Assembly: GCA_048013815.1 (NCBI GenBank)
Contig: CM106586.1
Span: forward strand, 20,894,001 to 20,958,000
Direction: 5' to 3'
Origin: Setoptus koraiensis
Taxonomy: Eukaryota > Animalia > Arthropoda
Length of the DNA: 64,000 nucleotides
Shown here: piece after piece, positions 25,401-38,674 of the stretch
Position numbering within the stretch: position 1 is the stretch's first letter
Layout of the letters: every line of letters begins with the position of its first letter
Made by a program: the position numbers and the translations under genes
Notes under the pieces: model-generated
What the model was told of the DNA's origin: nothing
Database searches by the model: none
What the model saw: the letters and a program-made list of their open reading frames with translations, nothing else

Positions 25401-28400
25401 GTGCGAGTGTGTGTAACAGCCAGCCGGCGGCTCGCAAGAACGGGGCAGGAATGAAAGAATTAGCCTTGATTATCATGTTAGACGCCACTAATTCTTTTTC
25501 TTTCATTAACAACCAAGTGGCGTTGTTTGGAGTGCGCTCTCCGGGGCTGAGGCTGCTGCTGGCTGCTACCACTCAGAATGTTCATGTTGTTTCCTGTTAC
25601 AGTGCGATCAACTTGCCACAACCACACACTTGGAAGCGCCTCTATCTTGTTTTGCTCAATACGAAATTACCAGATATTCTATACTAGTAGTATGAGTGTG
25701 TGTCTTCGGGGATGCACAACAAGCGCCGCCGCGCGCATACATCTGAATAGGCGCACGCTCGCAACGAATATGATATTCCATAATGTCGAAGAATCCTGAT
25801 TATTATTTTGATTATACCCAGCAGCCAAACTAAGTTGAGGACATGTCTACGCTGATTGCGTAATTGAGATGAGAGCGCGCGCGACAGAGAGAGAGAGAGA
25901 CGACATTCAATATATTGTCGTACTGTGTTGCACGTACCGCCAGCACAACTAATAACGGCGCGCCAGCACCACTTCATCACTGCTCCAGATACTGTCCAGA
26001 TACTGGTGCAAGAACTAATTTGAGGAGCTAGTTTACTGTCTATCACACACACACACACACACACGCACATAAGCGTCATTGGCAACAGACGACTGTATAC
26101 AAGAAGCGACTGGCACGATCGCACAAAAGGAGTGGATATGCGGCTGGGACAAACACAAAAATATTATGTTATGTTATGCAAATTACTATCAATGCATAAC
26201 TTACATGTTTCTGCCGATTCTGGCTTGCCCAAATTGGCCCGTTTAATTCCTGATGCTAACAAGCGCGCCAACTGTCTGGCTCTCGGGCTGACTGGCTGCT
26301 CGACTCGAACGGGTCGTCGGTAGGCTGGCTGGCTGGCTGGCCGGCCGGCCGGTCTACGCGCACCGACCAGACGTAATGTCGTTGGCCGCGAACGCACACG
26401 GCTGACGTATTGGCGTTAATTAAAAAATAAATGCACCCAATCGGCGCCAATGCTCAGGGCAACCCCGCGTACACGATATTGGACTATTGGACTGTAGTGG
26501 CGAGCCAATCGCGAGCCAATTCTATGAATAGATGCAACACCATTCGATCAACAATACTCGCCCATATCGCACACGAGCACGCAGTCAAAAATCACAAATA
26601 TCCTTGCCAGCGCCAGCGGATGCAAGCGGATGGCAGCGAGCTGGCAAGAAAAGCCGGCCAACCAGCCGGCAGCTAATTAATTTTTGATTTGCTCGGCCAG
26701 CTCGCTCATCATGAGCCGTCGCATGATGTCGATGACCGGCATCAATGCGGCAAAGGAGGCGCCATATATCGCAGCGCACGGGCGCGCTGCCATTGTCGAG
26801 GCGGCGCTTCATCAGTCGGATAGACTCCACGCCACCACTGTGGGCCGTAGAGACACGCGGATCGGCAAGTGCCGCACCGCTCGGCATATATTATCGGCCT
26901 TCGGTGGCGTATGCCGGCGAACCGCTTCGGCGAAACAACCGCCATCTGTGGTGCTCATTTATTATACTCATGATAACTCATGATACGTTTTTAGGTGCAC
27001 ATGAACCATTGATTTTGGGAACGTAAACAAGCGATTAAGTAAATAAGCGAGAGAGAGAGAGCAAAATTACTTATCCAGCGCACAATGTCGCTGTATGTTG
27101 TGCGCTCGATCTGACATCAATCTACGCCGCTATTGAATGGGCGCTCCAGGAACTGAATTTCAGCATTGTGGCGACACGGACTCCATCGGATGGATCAAAT
27201 CGATTGATTGCTGCCAACTGACAACCGCCACAGACCGACTGCCAGCGTTGAGCTTCTTGACTCACAAATTGTGAGTCACAATGCAGCGAGAGTGAGCATG
27301 TTGCGCTTCGTGACTCATGGCGAGAGATAATGGCTCAGGTATTGTTAATTAGCGACAGAAATTGAACGTGAGCCGATGAAAAGTTTTGCGCGCCATTGCG
27401 AGCCACTGCGTTAGGCAAACATTGCGTAACACACAGGCACTTGGCATAACGGTGAACAGTTAGGCGCAGTGTATAGGTGAAGCGGTTTGGTGGCACAACT
27501 GTGCAAGGTGTGTGTGTGTGCCTCGCAGCGTCTTGAGCCGGCGTATAATCACTTTGCATGATTGCCGCAACAATCATAGTACAACAGTCGCACTACAACT
27601 GGAACAACGGTTATAGGGCGTATAGGGTTGCCAATAATGTATTATTACATGAGCATCATTTAAAGACAACCAGCTAGCCAGAGATGATAGCGGCAATAAA
27701 ATGTTGAGCGCACAGGGACAAATAATGAAAAAAAAAAGGAAACTGCTGCTGCCCCCACCAATCATAATTAGTGCCCGAAGCTAGGCGAAGAACGAGAAAC
27801 GCCAAATGGCGCTGAACGAACGCTGAACAGGCGCTGGCCGGCACCGGCTGGCGAGACAAAAGTGCATGAAACACACGACAACAAGAGGAACAACAAGAAA
27901 TTCATTTATTAGCAGCAGTAAATCAAACAGAACAAACAAACGGTTGCCAACATATTACCAGCTAATATTGATTTTCGTCCCAATCAAATTTGAATGTGAG
28001 CCGCTCTATGCGCAGACAGTGAGCACAGTGTTGTTTGATTGCACAAAACTCACTTGATTACGTAATACACTCATCTTAAAAACTGTATCACTAGCGTGAG
28101 CGCTGGCTCAAAAGTGGCTCTTGGGCAGCGCCAAAGTTTGCAACTTTTGCCCAGCTAAAGCAGCTACAGGCCTAGCCAGATATTAGAATAATCATGGTGT
28201 GTGTGTTGTTTGCAATTGAAATGAATTCGCAGACAGTCTCGGCTACTTAATCAGCGACGCTGGCAGTAAAAAAGACTGCACACACCGCCTGCATATAGTG
28301 ATCGATTGGCCGAACCAGATAGGCATAAGTTGGGTGTAAGCGAGCCAGAGATGAGTGCAGTACACTGTGCATTGTACACCTAATAACACGGCACACTCGG

Positions 28401-30173
28401 CACTGTAGAGGCGCTCGTCAGTTGTCGATCGATGGCGACTCGCCAGAGAATCGCCACAATCCGGCGATAAGAGAACAACAAATTTGTAGTAAATTTAACG
28501 CGATCAGACAAACAAATAATACCTGTGCGCCAACATCGACAGCAGCTAATTGCCAATGGATGCAAAAACCACACACACACACACACAACATGGTATGTTG
28601 GAGATGGTAAACTTGGCGAGTGCGATCGCAGGCGAATCAATTCGCAGCAACAACAAACCGACCATTAATTGGTCAGTTTGCAGTTGCAGGCTTAATGACG
28701 ATGCTAGGCGCATCAGCTGACCTATTGCGAGCCGCTGCAAACGAGCCCAGCAGAAAAACCAATCCACTAGCTAAAAGTGTTGCGCAACCTTGATTGGAGA
28801 ATCAGGTTTTGGCTGCTGCTGCTGCTATCCATTTCACACACAAAGCGGCCCTAAAATAAAACTGCAACAAACTCAAGCTAATGCTACTTGTTGTTACGTA
28901 ACGTAAACTTATCGCGCACTGTAGTAGTGTGCTGCTGGCGTGCTGTAAGCTAAACTGGAGCGAACAATAATCATCAATAAGCGGTGCGCTGACTGACTGG
29001 CGATACAACGAGCCAACAAATAGGTGCACGGTGCAGCGGTAATGAGGCCATCTCAATAACGATGATTAAACCACCACCGGTCATCATACATATAAATATA
29101 TGTATTATTGAATTTGCAGCAAATAACATAAAGTATCATTACGTCATTTCGACATTTGTTTGGCTGGTTTGGTGTTTGCATAAGTTGCGCAACGTTTTCT
29201 CGCTGTTGCGCCAGTCAGTCAGTCAGTCAGTTTGTTTCAACCATTAGCATTGACGCTGCTCATCAGTGATGATGCAACGGCCAGCCTGACAGTTGGATGG
29301 CACACACACACACAGTTGCAAAATTGTGCCTGCGTTATGGTTGATTTTAAGCCGGCCGGCCGGCCGGCCCAACACAAAATATCCGGCAATCTGGCAAGTT
29401 GTTGCAAACAACTGGTGCGCACCACTGCTGATGATATCCTGCTCAAAGTGCGGCTCCAACGGCCGGCCAGCCAGCCCCCGACAATGAGCGTATTCATGGC
29501 GCTGAATGAGATGGAATTTCCGAGAGTTCGCCAAAGTCTCTGGGAGTCTCAGAGATGCGAGATGCCCAAGTCCAAGAGTTCGAGACGACGCACAAATGGC
29601 GAGACGAGCAACTGGCCAAAACAGACAGAGTGGCCAAAACAGGACCAAAAGAGAAAGAGATCAAGGAGTGTTGCTGCTGGCTCGTACAATCGGAAGGGAA
29701 GGCCAAAACTTGATTAGCCGTCAATGGGATAAGTATCGTTATACGCCCAGGGCTATAATAGGCAAGTGGTTGTTGCCGTTGTTACATTGGCACTGTGGAG
29801 AGTGTAGAGATTCTTTGCTTTTGCGAAAATTCTTTTCTATTCTCTCGAGCTCTCTGTCTCTCTCTCTCTGTCTCTCGCTCTCTATCTATCTCTCGTATAG
29901 TGGAAAAAGAACATTCAGAATTATTTAACTTTTGGCAAATGGCATTTTTTCAAATAACAACAACACTGTGTACATAGGCAACGTGGCTGGCTCACTAACG
30001 ACCTACAGAGAGTCTGTTGCTTGCATTTGGTCCATTGCCTGCCAAGACCATTCCAGAGCAGTCGCGCTGTGTACTGCTGGCCGGTGATCCAATTCTATAC
30101 AGCTTATAAATCTTTCTCTCTCTTGCTCTCTCAATGAACTGGCGAGCTGGCGTCTAATCTATCTCATCTATCC

Positions 30174-30257
30174 GATCAGGACTGATCTTGTCCGATCTGT
30201 TCGAATTGATCTGATCCGATTTGATCAACATTCGAACTGATCCAATCCGATCCGATC
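30174..30257. repeat. Degenerate pentamer repeat with nine GATC motifs
   Basis: GATC at 30174, 30184, 30194, 30208, 30213, 30223, 30239, 30249 and 30254. Confidence 0.8.
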
Positions 30258-32636
30258 CGAAGCAGCAGCTCAATTCAATTCATCGCAAATCCCAATCTCC
30301 TCTGACCATACCTGATCCTGTCGGTCGGCCAATCCAGCTAGGCGTCCTCTTTCTCTCTCTCTCTCTCTCTGCTACCGCTCTGCTCGGATAATCTCTGCTC
30401 ACACAACTAAGCGCTCACATGGCACACAGTCAGAGCTCTTTGCCTGTGAGATTGGCTTGAATCAGCATGATGATTGGCAGCCATTTTGAAGCCATGAATA
30501 CGATTGTCATTAGACTCACAAGCCAGTGTCACATAATAAGCGACCGATAAGTGCAAATGTGAATGGATAATTGGTGAACCTCAACAGGTGAGCCTAATTC
30601 CACCAATTGGCAACAACTTCTTTTGTGTGTATATGCCAGAGAGAGAGAGAGCCACACAGCGTTACTTGTTATTTGCAGCGTAGACTAGTCGACAACGTAA
30701 TGCAATGTCGGACTTGTAAGTGTTATAATGTGTCTACAAATATACGCCGATATGTATTAACGTTTCAATCAGCATTGTATTTGTTTGGCAAAGTATCTCT
30801 TTGTTTGTCCAGTTTAAGCGCACCCTCAATAATTGTTGTTATAGCGTTATGAGATTGTAGAATAAAGAATTATCATCTCACAGTTATTACGCAATGGTTG
30901 TTTGTTACTCAACAATGGCAGATGACCGTTATATCATCATCATCATCATCATCATCATCAGCATTGCGAATAGCGCATTCATCGCAATCATCGATATATC
31001 AGCCACATTTGCGCTTGTTTGTAGCGCTATCTGGATCAATTAATATTGCAACTGATCCGCCTCTCTCATCCTAACTTAGGATTCCTAAGGCCGATGCAAC
31101 TCTCATCCCATGGCCGATGTAAACTAGCTTGGCTGCTGTAACGGCACCTGTAAACTGCTGCCTGCCGTCCCGATGCCCGATGTTATACGCTACGTTACGT
31201 AAATGTTGAATGTCTTACATATGTTATGCGTTGTTGATGTTGTTGATGTTGTTGATGTTGCTGTTGTTGTTATCGTTGTTGTTGTGTGAGAAAAAGAAGA
31301 GAAAATTAATGTTGTTACCACAGCCGTGTTAGCTGATTTGTGAGTGTTGCTGTTGCAGGACAAACATGTTGATTTTGTAATCGATGATACAGTAGTTGTT
31401 TGTAGAGAGTTGTTTGCAGACAGATGGATGATGTTTGCACTAGTGCCAGAGTGGACGATGATCAATGATGACCGATCGATGATTTGATATTTCATACACA
31501 CATTCAGCTACACTGTTAGCCGATATAACAACAACAACAACAACAACAGCAACGACAACAACGAGAGCCAAGAAATCAGGCCACTTTTTGCCCTCTGGTG
31601 AGGCATTGTGTGAAATGCACAGTGAGAGATGGTGTCCATATATAGTCGCTTGTAATGGTTTATCTCGCTCTAGGATAAACGCTGGATCAGGAGCAAGGTT
31701 TTTGTAGCGAGCAAGTTGCAGTTGTGGCAGACAAGCGAGTTGCATTACAGCCTGCATACATATCTGTATATATCTGTATATCTGACTGACCGATAGTTGG
31801 CGAGCGTCAGAGTGCAGAATAATGTGGGCAATATTGCTGTGCCAATAATAGACATGATGCAATAGTGCTGCTTTTCTTATGCATTTTCTTATGCAGTGCA
31901 TATAAGAAAAAGAGAGAAAAAATTGGATTTACAGTTTAAAAGGATGTAAGAGATAGATGGAGGCAAACAAGGAGGCATGTACAAGATCACGTTAACACTT
32001 GTTGCGTATGTATTGCGGCCATGTTGAACTTGGCGATGGCAGTCAGTCAGGCGCGCAAACAGACTGCCCGCCGACACACGAACTGGTGCTCTTTGGAACG
32101 GCGATACAGCGAGCTGATGATCGAGCGTCGAGGATATAAATCGACGAATGATAACGACCGATGAGAAGGCCGCCAGAGTCAGAGAGAGACAGAGAGATCT
32201 TTACCAAGTTGTAAAAGAATTTGCACACTCGCCACAACTCTACTTTTATATGTGTATCTAGGCTTCTTTTGTGCGTCCTTCTCTAAATGGAATTACGCAA
32301 CATAAATCATGCGCTTATTATCCGCTGCTGCTTGTGGGCCGCGAGCGCTTCGAGCAGGCGATTCGGACGAATCGGTCGTCGTCGCTGCTGCTGCTGCTGT
32401 CGGTGTTGCTGTCGTCAGTGTTGCCGGTGCCGTCGGTGTTGTTGTCGGTGTTGCTGTCGGAGATACATGTGTTTTCGAGAGAGGGAGCGCGTACAATTGT
32501 ATGGCACTCAACATGTGTGTGACTAAATGCCATTTGATGCGTCTCGTCGCTAGGAAGGCGCAAGTTGAGCCAGAAGAAGCTCGCAAAAGTTTGTAATAAG
32601 TGCATGCGAATTTATTTATTTATAGCGAGCGCCCCT

Positions 32637-32690
32637 TTTGCTCTCCGCTGGCCCTTTGCTCTTCGCTGGCCCTTTGCTCTTCGCTGGCCC
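32637..32690. repeat. 18-bp tandem repeat x3 (TTTGCTCTYCGCTGGCCC)
   Basis: Direct reading. Confidence 0.9.
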
Positions 32691-33902
32691 TTGCGCTGGC
32701 CGCTCGTCGGCTGCTGCCCGGCCGCAGCTTCGGGCTAATAAAATTACCATGATTGATATTGATTTTATTCGCTTCTTTTAAAAAAGAATTATTGTTATTA
32801 CTTGCAAGCAAAGAGTGAGCGCCTGTTTGTTGCTTGTGCAACATTTGCCGTTGCCGCTGCCTCTGCCGCTCACCACTGACCACTGACACAACAACGCTTG
32901 TCTGTTTGAAACGGCCAGTACCTGTCGCTAATAGCAGCAAGCTGGTCGGCTATTAGCGACCAGTTGATAGATTGCTTGTGGTTGCAATATATCCAATCTG
33001 TCCTGCCGTATCTATCCACTGGCGCACTGGCGCACTGACGCGGCGCAAGTCATGCCCGAATGACACACTGGCAAACGCACGCGAACACAGACGGAGAGAC
33101 AATTATCGACCAATTGCCACTTCCTGTCGCCTCGCTTTCTGTATAATACGAGTGGCATTGTTTGCCTCATGTGCGCTACAATATGCTAATGCTATGCGAG
33201 CGACACAAGCCAACAGGTACAAATGCGTACGCTCGATAAATGTTATACGTGCCGGTGGAGCGGTCAGTTGGCGTTGAGCGGCGCGTTATTACAAAAGTTG
33301 CATTATCATACTGGCTACACAAATATGTTTATGTTAACACACAAACAGTCTGGCCAGAACAGATACATATAGGCGCACTGGCACAATTAGGTTAATGAGT
33401 GGCACGAATTCTTAAATATTCGTGGTGCAGATAGAGATCTTGGCCAACATTGGCCAATAGATGCTTATCTCGGTGCTCGACATCGAGCCTCGTTAGTGCG
33501 CCGGCATATCGAGCATACAGCACTGCACGGCCAACAGCGGAATATGCTTATGTCTTGAGAGCGAGAGAGAGATGACGACCGTGATAGGCCGTGATTGGTG
33601 TGCGCTATGACGCAACGCAAGTGCAGCAAGTTGCCCCAAGTTGTCGAGTTCGGGCGAGCGAGCGAGCGAATTTCTCTCGAGCTCGAGCGAGCGAATTTCT
33701 CCTGAGCTCGAGCGAGCGAGCGAGAGAAACTTTTTGTAAAACAAATCAGAGACACACTGTGTGCTGTAATCTGGCGGCCACTGTAATCTCGCTCTGGGAT
33801 CTGGCGTCAATATATTAGCGGCGGTGTTAGGGCAGCGTCACGGCGGATCGCAAGTGAATTTGTTTGTCAGCTTGTTTGCAACCGATGCACCGTTGGCCGG
33901 CC

Positions 33903-34063
33903 GGCCGTCTCACCTGGTGCAAATGCACACAAACGCTACTCGCGCCGGCGTTCCACTGCATTTGCGCCGGCATTTGCGCCGGCATTTGCGCCGGCATTTG
34001 CGCCGGCATTTGCGCCGGCATTTGCGCCGGCATTTGTGTGCACTTGCACCAGGTGAGACGGCC
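33903..34063. repeat. 34-bp inverted repeats enclosing six copies of a 12-bp unit (GCATTTGCGCCG)
   Basis: 33903-33936 matches the reverse complement of 34030-34063 at 32/34; array at 33958-34029. Confidence 0.9.
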
Positions 34064-35680
34064 CGCCAGTTGGTCAGTGGATCAGCGGCGCTCGTTGCTA
34101 CATAAATTGTTACGTATGTCGGTCAGTGTGCATTGGCGCTGGCAGTGATAACACGGCCAGAAACGGGCAAAAGAACTGGCAAGCGCCAATTGCACACATA
34201 CGGCCAACAGGCAAATGCTGAATGGATGAGCCACCGGCCACCGACGCACGCTGTCACATGTCGCATAATATCGCACAACTTTTGTAGCAACTTTTGTAGC
34301 AAGTTTTGTGACTTTTGTAACATAACCTGCGCTATTCACCTGTGGATATTGGGATCGCCCTCTGGATCTTGTTCGCTCGTTCGCTCGTTCAGTGGCCAGT
34401 GTAGGTGAAGTGGCCACAAGCAGACTAATATATTAATAAGCGTGGCTTGACACAGGCCGGCCGGCGCCAGGTGAAAGTGGGCCCAGAAGTGGGCGCGGAT
34501 CATATTTCACGCTGACCAAGGAAGCGCCCGCGCGCACAAGTAGGCGCACTGCACGCCCCTCAACTGGTCGCCTCTTAGAGGCCAAAGTGAAAGTGCACCG
34601 GTCACTTATCATTATGACGATGCGAAATGACGATACCACAGAGCCAACGGGATGCACAAATGCGCGGGCTGCCAGCCTGAGGCTTAGGTTGCCATAGTTG
34701 CGTAACAAGCGCATATAACACACAACGTAGAGCGTATAGCGGCGGCGGCGGCAGCGGCAGCAGCGCCAGAGTAATATATTAGCGACGGGCAACTTTTTGC
34801 AACGTCTTGGCGGCCGCCCGTTAACTTGATGTTGGCCCCACTGAGATATATGCGATAGATTTAGAGATTAGACGAGACCGCAATTCAACCGCACCGCCGT
34901 CGCTGGCTGGCGTCTGGCAAGTTGTTACTTGCTTTGCTCGCAGGTCGAGTGGAGCGTTCTCGCGAGCCTCAGTCGAGCCACAGTCAAGCCGCAGTGGAGC
35001 CACAGTCAAGCCGCAGTGGAGCCACAGTGGAGCGCGGCGGAGTTTAGTCAAATGTAGTAAGTGTTCCCATTTTGAAAGTTAACGCAAAACTCAAAATTCC
35101 AAATTCGCAAATTCCGCCCGCCAGCGCGATAGCTACACTGGCTGCCGGAGTATGGCTGCCAGAGTCTGGCTGCCAGAGAGCTCGAGAGCCGGCGAGCCAA
35201 AGAGCGCCTCTGTTGTGGCTGTCGAAGTGCCCAATAATAGACACAAGTTTTATATTACGTTCTGTATTTTACATATTCTCGCCGCCTCATCCTGTCTGCT
35301 TCCTGAGGCCCCCAGGTATCGCGCGTTGGCGGCTCAATTCAATTCGGCTTTTCTCGACACTCCAGAGCGCGCCGACGGGGCCAGAGGAGCCAGTGGAGCC
35401 AGTGGGGCCGACGGGGCCGATGGAGGAATAAAAGAGTGGCTCGAATGAAAAGCTGCTGCTCGAATCGATTGAGTCGGCCCCGGTCGACCAGTTATCCAGT
35501 TGGGGCGCCGGATCGGCCCAGATCGCGAACAGATCGGATGCAGAATCTAAGACGGCGCCACAGAATCGAGCGCGCGATGATTTAAACAAGATAAGCTACA
35601 GACGCTGGCGCAGTGGATGCTCTCTTTTGCTGGCTGCTTCTGCTTGGATTATCCGCCCAAATCGCCGGCTACTGTCATAC

Positions 35681-35743
35681 GACTCGTGCGACTCGAGCGA
35701 CTCGTGCGACTCGAGCGACTCGTGCGACTCGTGCGACTCGAGT
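35681..35743. repeat. 9-bp tandem repeat x7 (GACTCGWGC)
   Basis: Direct reading. Confidence 0.9.
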
Positions 35744-37824
35744 GCCCGGTAACCGGTGCCCGGTAACCAGTCACTGGCTACCAGTGTGTGCGGCAGGTAA
35801 TGGCGAGGGGGAAACTGCGGATCATCCGCAGCGGCGGGAGCGTTTTGGGACGGGGCGCGCAACTGCAACAAACACATCTCTTATTTATACACATATTGCG
35901 GCATATCTAGCCGATATCTAGCCCTGTCCATGTATCCGTTTCGATGTCCTCACATATATCTGTACATATATCTGTACATACATCTGTATATGTGTACGGT
36001 TGTTGTGACGCAATTAGCCATTAGATGCACGGTCCTGTTCGGACACACGATACATTACTAATGACACACACATTGCCGGACATAAATCGATCGGGGCCAG
36101 TGTGTGTGTATGGTCGAGCGGTCACATCATTAGATGTGACGTGCCGATGCTGTGCAATTGGCCAGTGCGCTTGTGGAGACTTCTTGCACTCACGAGCAGC
36201 GTCTTTTGTCGACAAAACTGTGAGCTATTACATAATATATATTTTTAGTCGTATTCGTACGCATACCATATGTGATGTATGCCCCGGCATAACATTGAGC
36301 GGCGCCGAGATGAGGTTGCAACCAATAACGAAACGTAATATGTGACGACGGAAGAGCGAACGGTGTATCAAGTGTATCAAATAACTAAAAAACATGAGAC
36401 ACTATCGTCACTTGTCACGATTCAGTGGTCAGTGAGCGTTATGTATATTTGGCAGATATTTATAGCCGATAGCCGATAGCCAATAGCGGCGGACAGCTAC
36501 GGATCCGCTACGGCCAAGACGGGCGCCACACAAATAATGATGTATAGGCCGGTATGGCACCGGCACCGGCAGCGAGCCCGTAAACAGGTACAACAACCAC
36601 TCTTAGCAAGTTGTTGTTGTTGCAGCACAAGCGCGCACAGAGTGGCAAGAATTGGCGGAAATTCAACAAATTCATTGATATCGAGCATGATCAAACATAT
36701 ATCGAGATATATTGAGAGATGATGATGCTCATGGCGCGTACAAAACAAAATTGCCTGTTGTTGGCCGTGTGTCAATTCAGCTCGATACTCAGCTCGATAC
36801 TCAGCTCGATATTCAACTCGCCAGTCGATGGCATCGAGCCGACAGTCACTGGTGAACATTGTGCCGAATTATTATGTAACTATTCATGAGTGTATTATGT
36901 AATGAATATGCTGCTATTATGCGATCTATTATGCTGTGTGTGTGTGTGTTGTAATGTTATGTAATGATCCCGAAGCGACTTGCCTTTTGGCTGTTACCTG
37001 GCCGTGGCAAAGCTGTTGGCTGGCTGGCTGGCAAAGCCGGCTTCGGCAGCCACGGAGCCCTACAAATGACATCGAGCACAATGCGATATGATTCATGGAC
37101 GGCAGTGTCTTGAAGGACACTGTTGGACAACAACAACAGCCTGCAACGACAACAACAAAACACTTGCCAGGCCCACAAGCAGCCAGCCAGAGAAACATTA
37201 CACACAAATGCAACATAATAACAGTAACAACATGGCCGCAGATAATAATAATAATAATAATGATCTTGTTGTCATATGATATCGGGAATTGGTCGATATA
37301 AAAACATTTATGTCATGACTCATGAGTCATCAATGATGCAGTCGCACTGTGCGATACCTGGCTGCATTGTGCCAACAACAACAACAAGTCACCTGAGTGT
37401 CGTTGGGCACGGATTGCAGATTGAGCCGATCGGATTGTGGCGCCCGCGAAATCGCAGCCCGACACTTGGCGCGTCATTGAGTGGCGAGAACGCCATCTAT
37501 TAGACTCAATACTATTGAGTCAGTGGGCCACAGAGCGACGGGCCGGCGGCGCGGGGCCACAGCAGCGGCCAGCAGCCGCTAGCAGTGGCCGAAATCAGGG
37601 CCGAACGAGCGGCCGAACGAGCGGCCACCACCTGTGATTGGCGCCACTCAACTATCGCAATATTTCGAATATATTGAATTTCGACGGCGACGTTCGCAGC
37701 AAAGTATCCGATGCTGTGCCGTTCCGTTCCGTCCCGTGTCGTTGTCGGTGTCTCGATTCACCCGTGAATGGCGCTCCAAATGGCGCTTCCGAGCGGCCAG
37801 ACAATGCAAAGTTTGAATTACACA

Positions 37825-37876
37825 CGGACGATCCGAGCGGACGATCCGAGCGGACGGTCCGAGCGGATGATTCGGC
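37825..37876. repeat. 13-bp tandem repeat x4 (CGGACGATCCGAG, decaying)
   Basis: Direct reading. Confidence 0.85.
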
Positions 37877-38096
37877 CGCTCGCGATGCAAACATTGTGTA
37901 CGATAATGTTTTTAAAAAATGATTCGATGATAGAAAATCATTATGCGTTGCGCAAGAATTAGCCGAAAGAATAAGGCCAATACAGTGAGGAGTAGGCTTA
38001 ACTCGCTGCAGCGGGCTTAGCAGCGGGCCATTAGGTCACACAAACACACAGACACCCTCTGATACGGCCAGTTGGCCAGTTGGCTCGGCGGCCGGT

Positions 38097-38140
38097 GTGA
38101 TACACAGAGTAGTGATACACAGAGTAGTGATACACAGATA
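38097..38140. repeat. 15-bp tandem repeat x3 (GTGATACACAGAGTA)
   Basis: Direct reading. Confidence 0.85.
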
Positions 38141-38554
38141 TGAGTAGAGAGCTCAGGTGAGTCAGTTGGCGTACATAATTAATCATCGGCGGCATACGCA
38201 AGCAGCAGTTTACGGTATTGTGTTTCCACTAGGGGTGAACTACAAGTCGCCCGGCTGGTCAGTTGGGCAGCGGTCAGTGAATAGTAAACAGCGACGACGA
38301 GAATTTGAGAATGAGATTCGCAACAATCTGGCGCGCACACACACACAGATATTGATATATTGACTGCGAAACAAGTTGTTGCGCCAACTGTTCTGTTGCC
38401 AGATATTGTGGCCTTTGAATCGGCTAGAACATCCAGATAATCTGGCCAATTCAAAAATATGAATGCATCTATATATGAATGGCTTAGCCAGTGCAATATC
38501 GTCGTATCGCATCATGAGCCTGGGGATACGCGCCGCTACACTGCACGCCGTAAC

Positions 38555-38674
38555 ATTTGGCCGGTTATTTGGCCGGTTATTTGGCCGGTTATTTGGCCGG
38601 TTATTTGGCCGGTTATTTGGCCGGTTATTTGGCTGATTATTTGTCTGATTATCTGGCTGATTATTTGGCCGAAA
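38555..38674. repeat. 12-bp tandem repeat: six perfect ATTTGGCCGGTT copies then four diverged copies
   Basis: Perfect copies at 38555-38626; diverged copies at 38627-38674. Confidence 0.92.
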
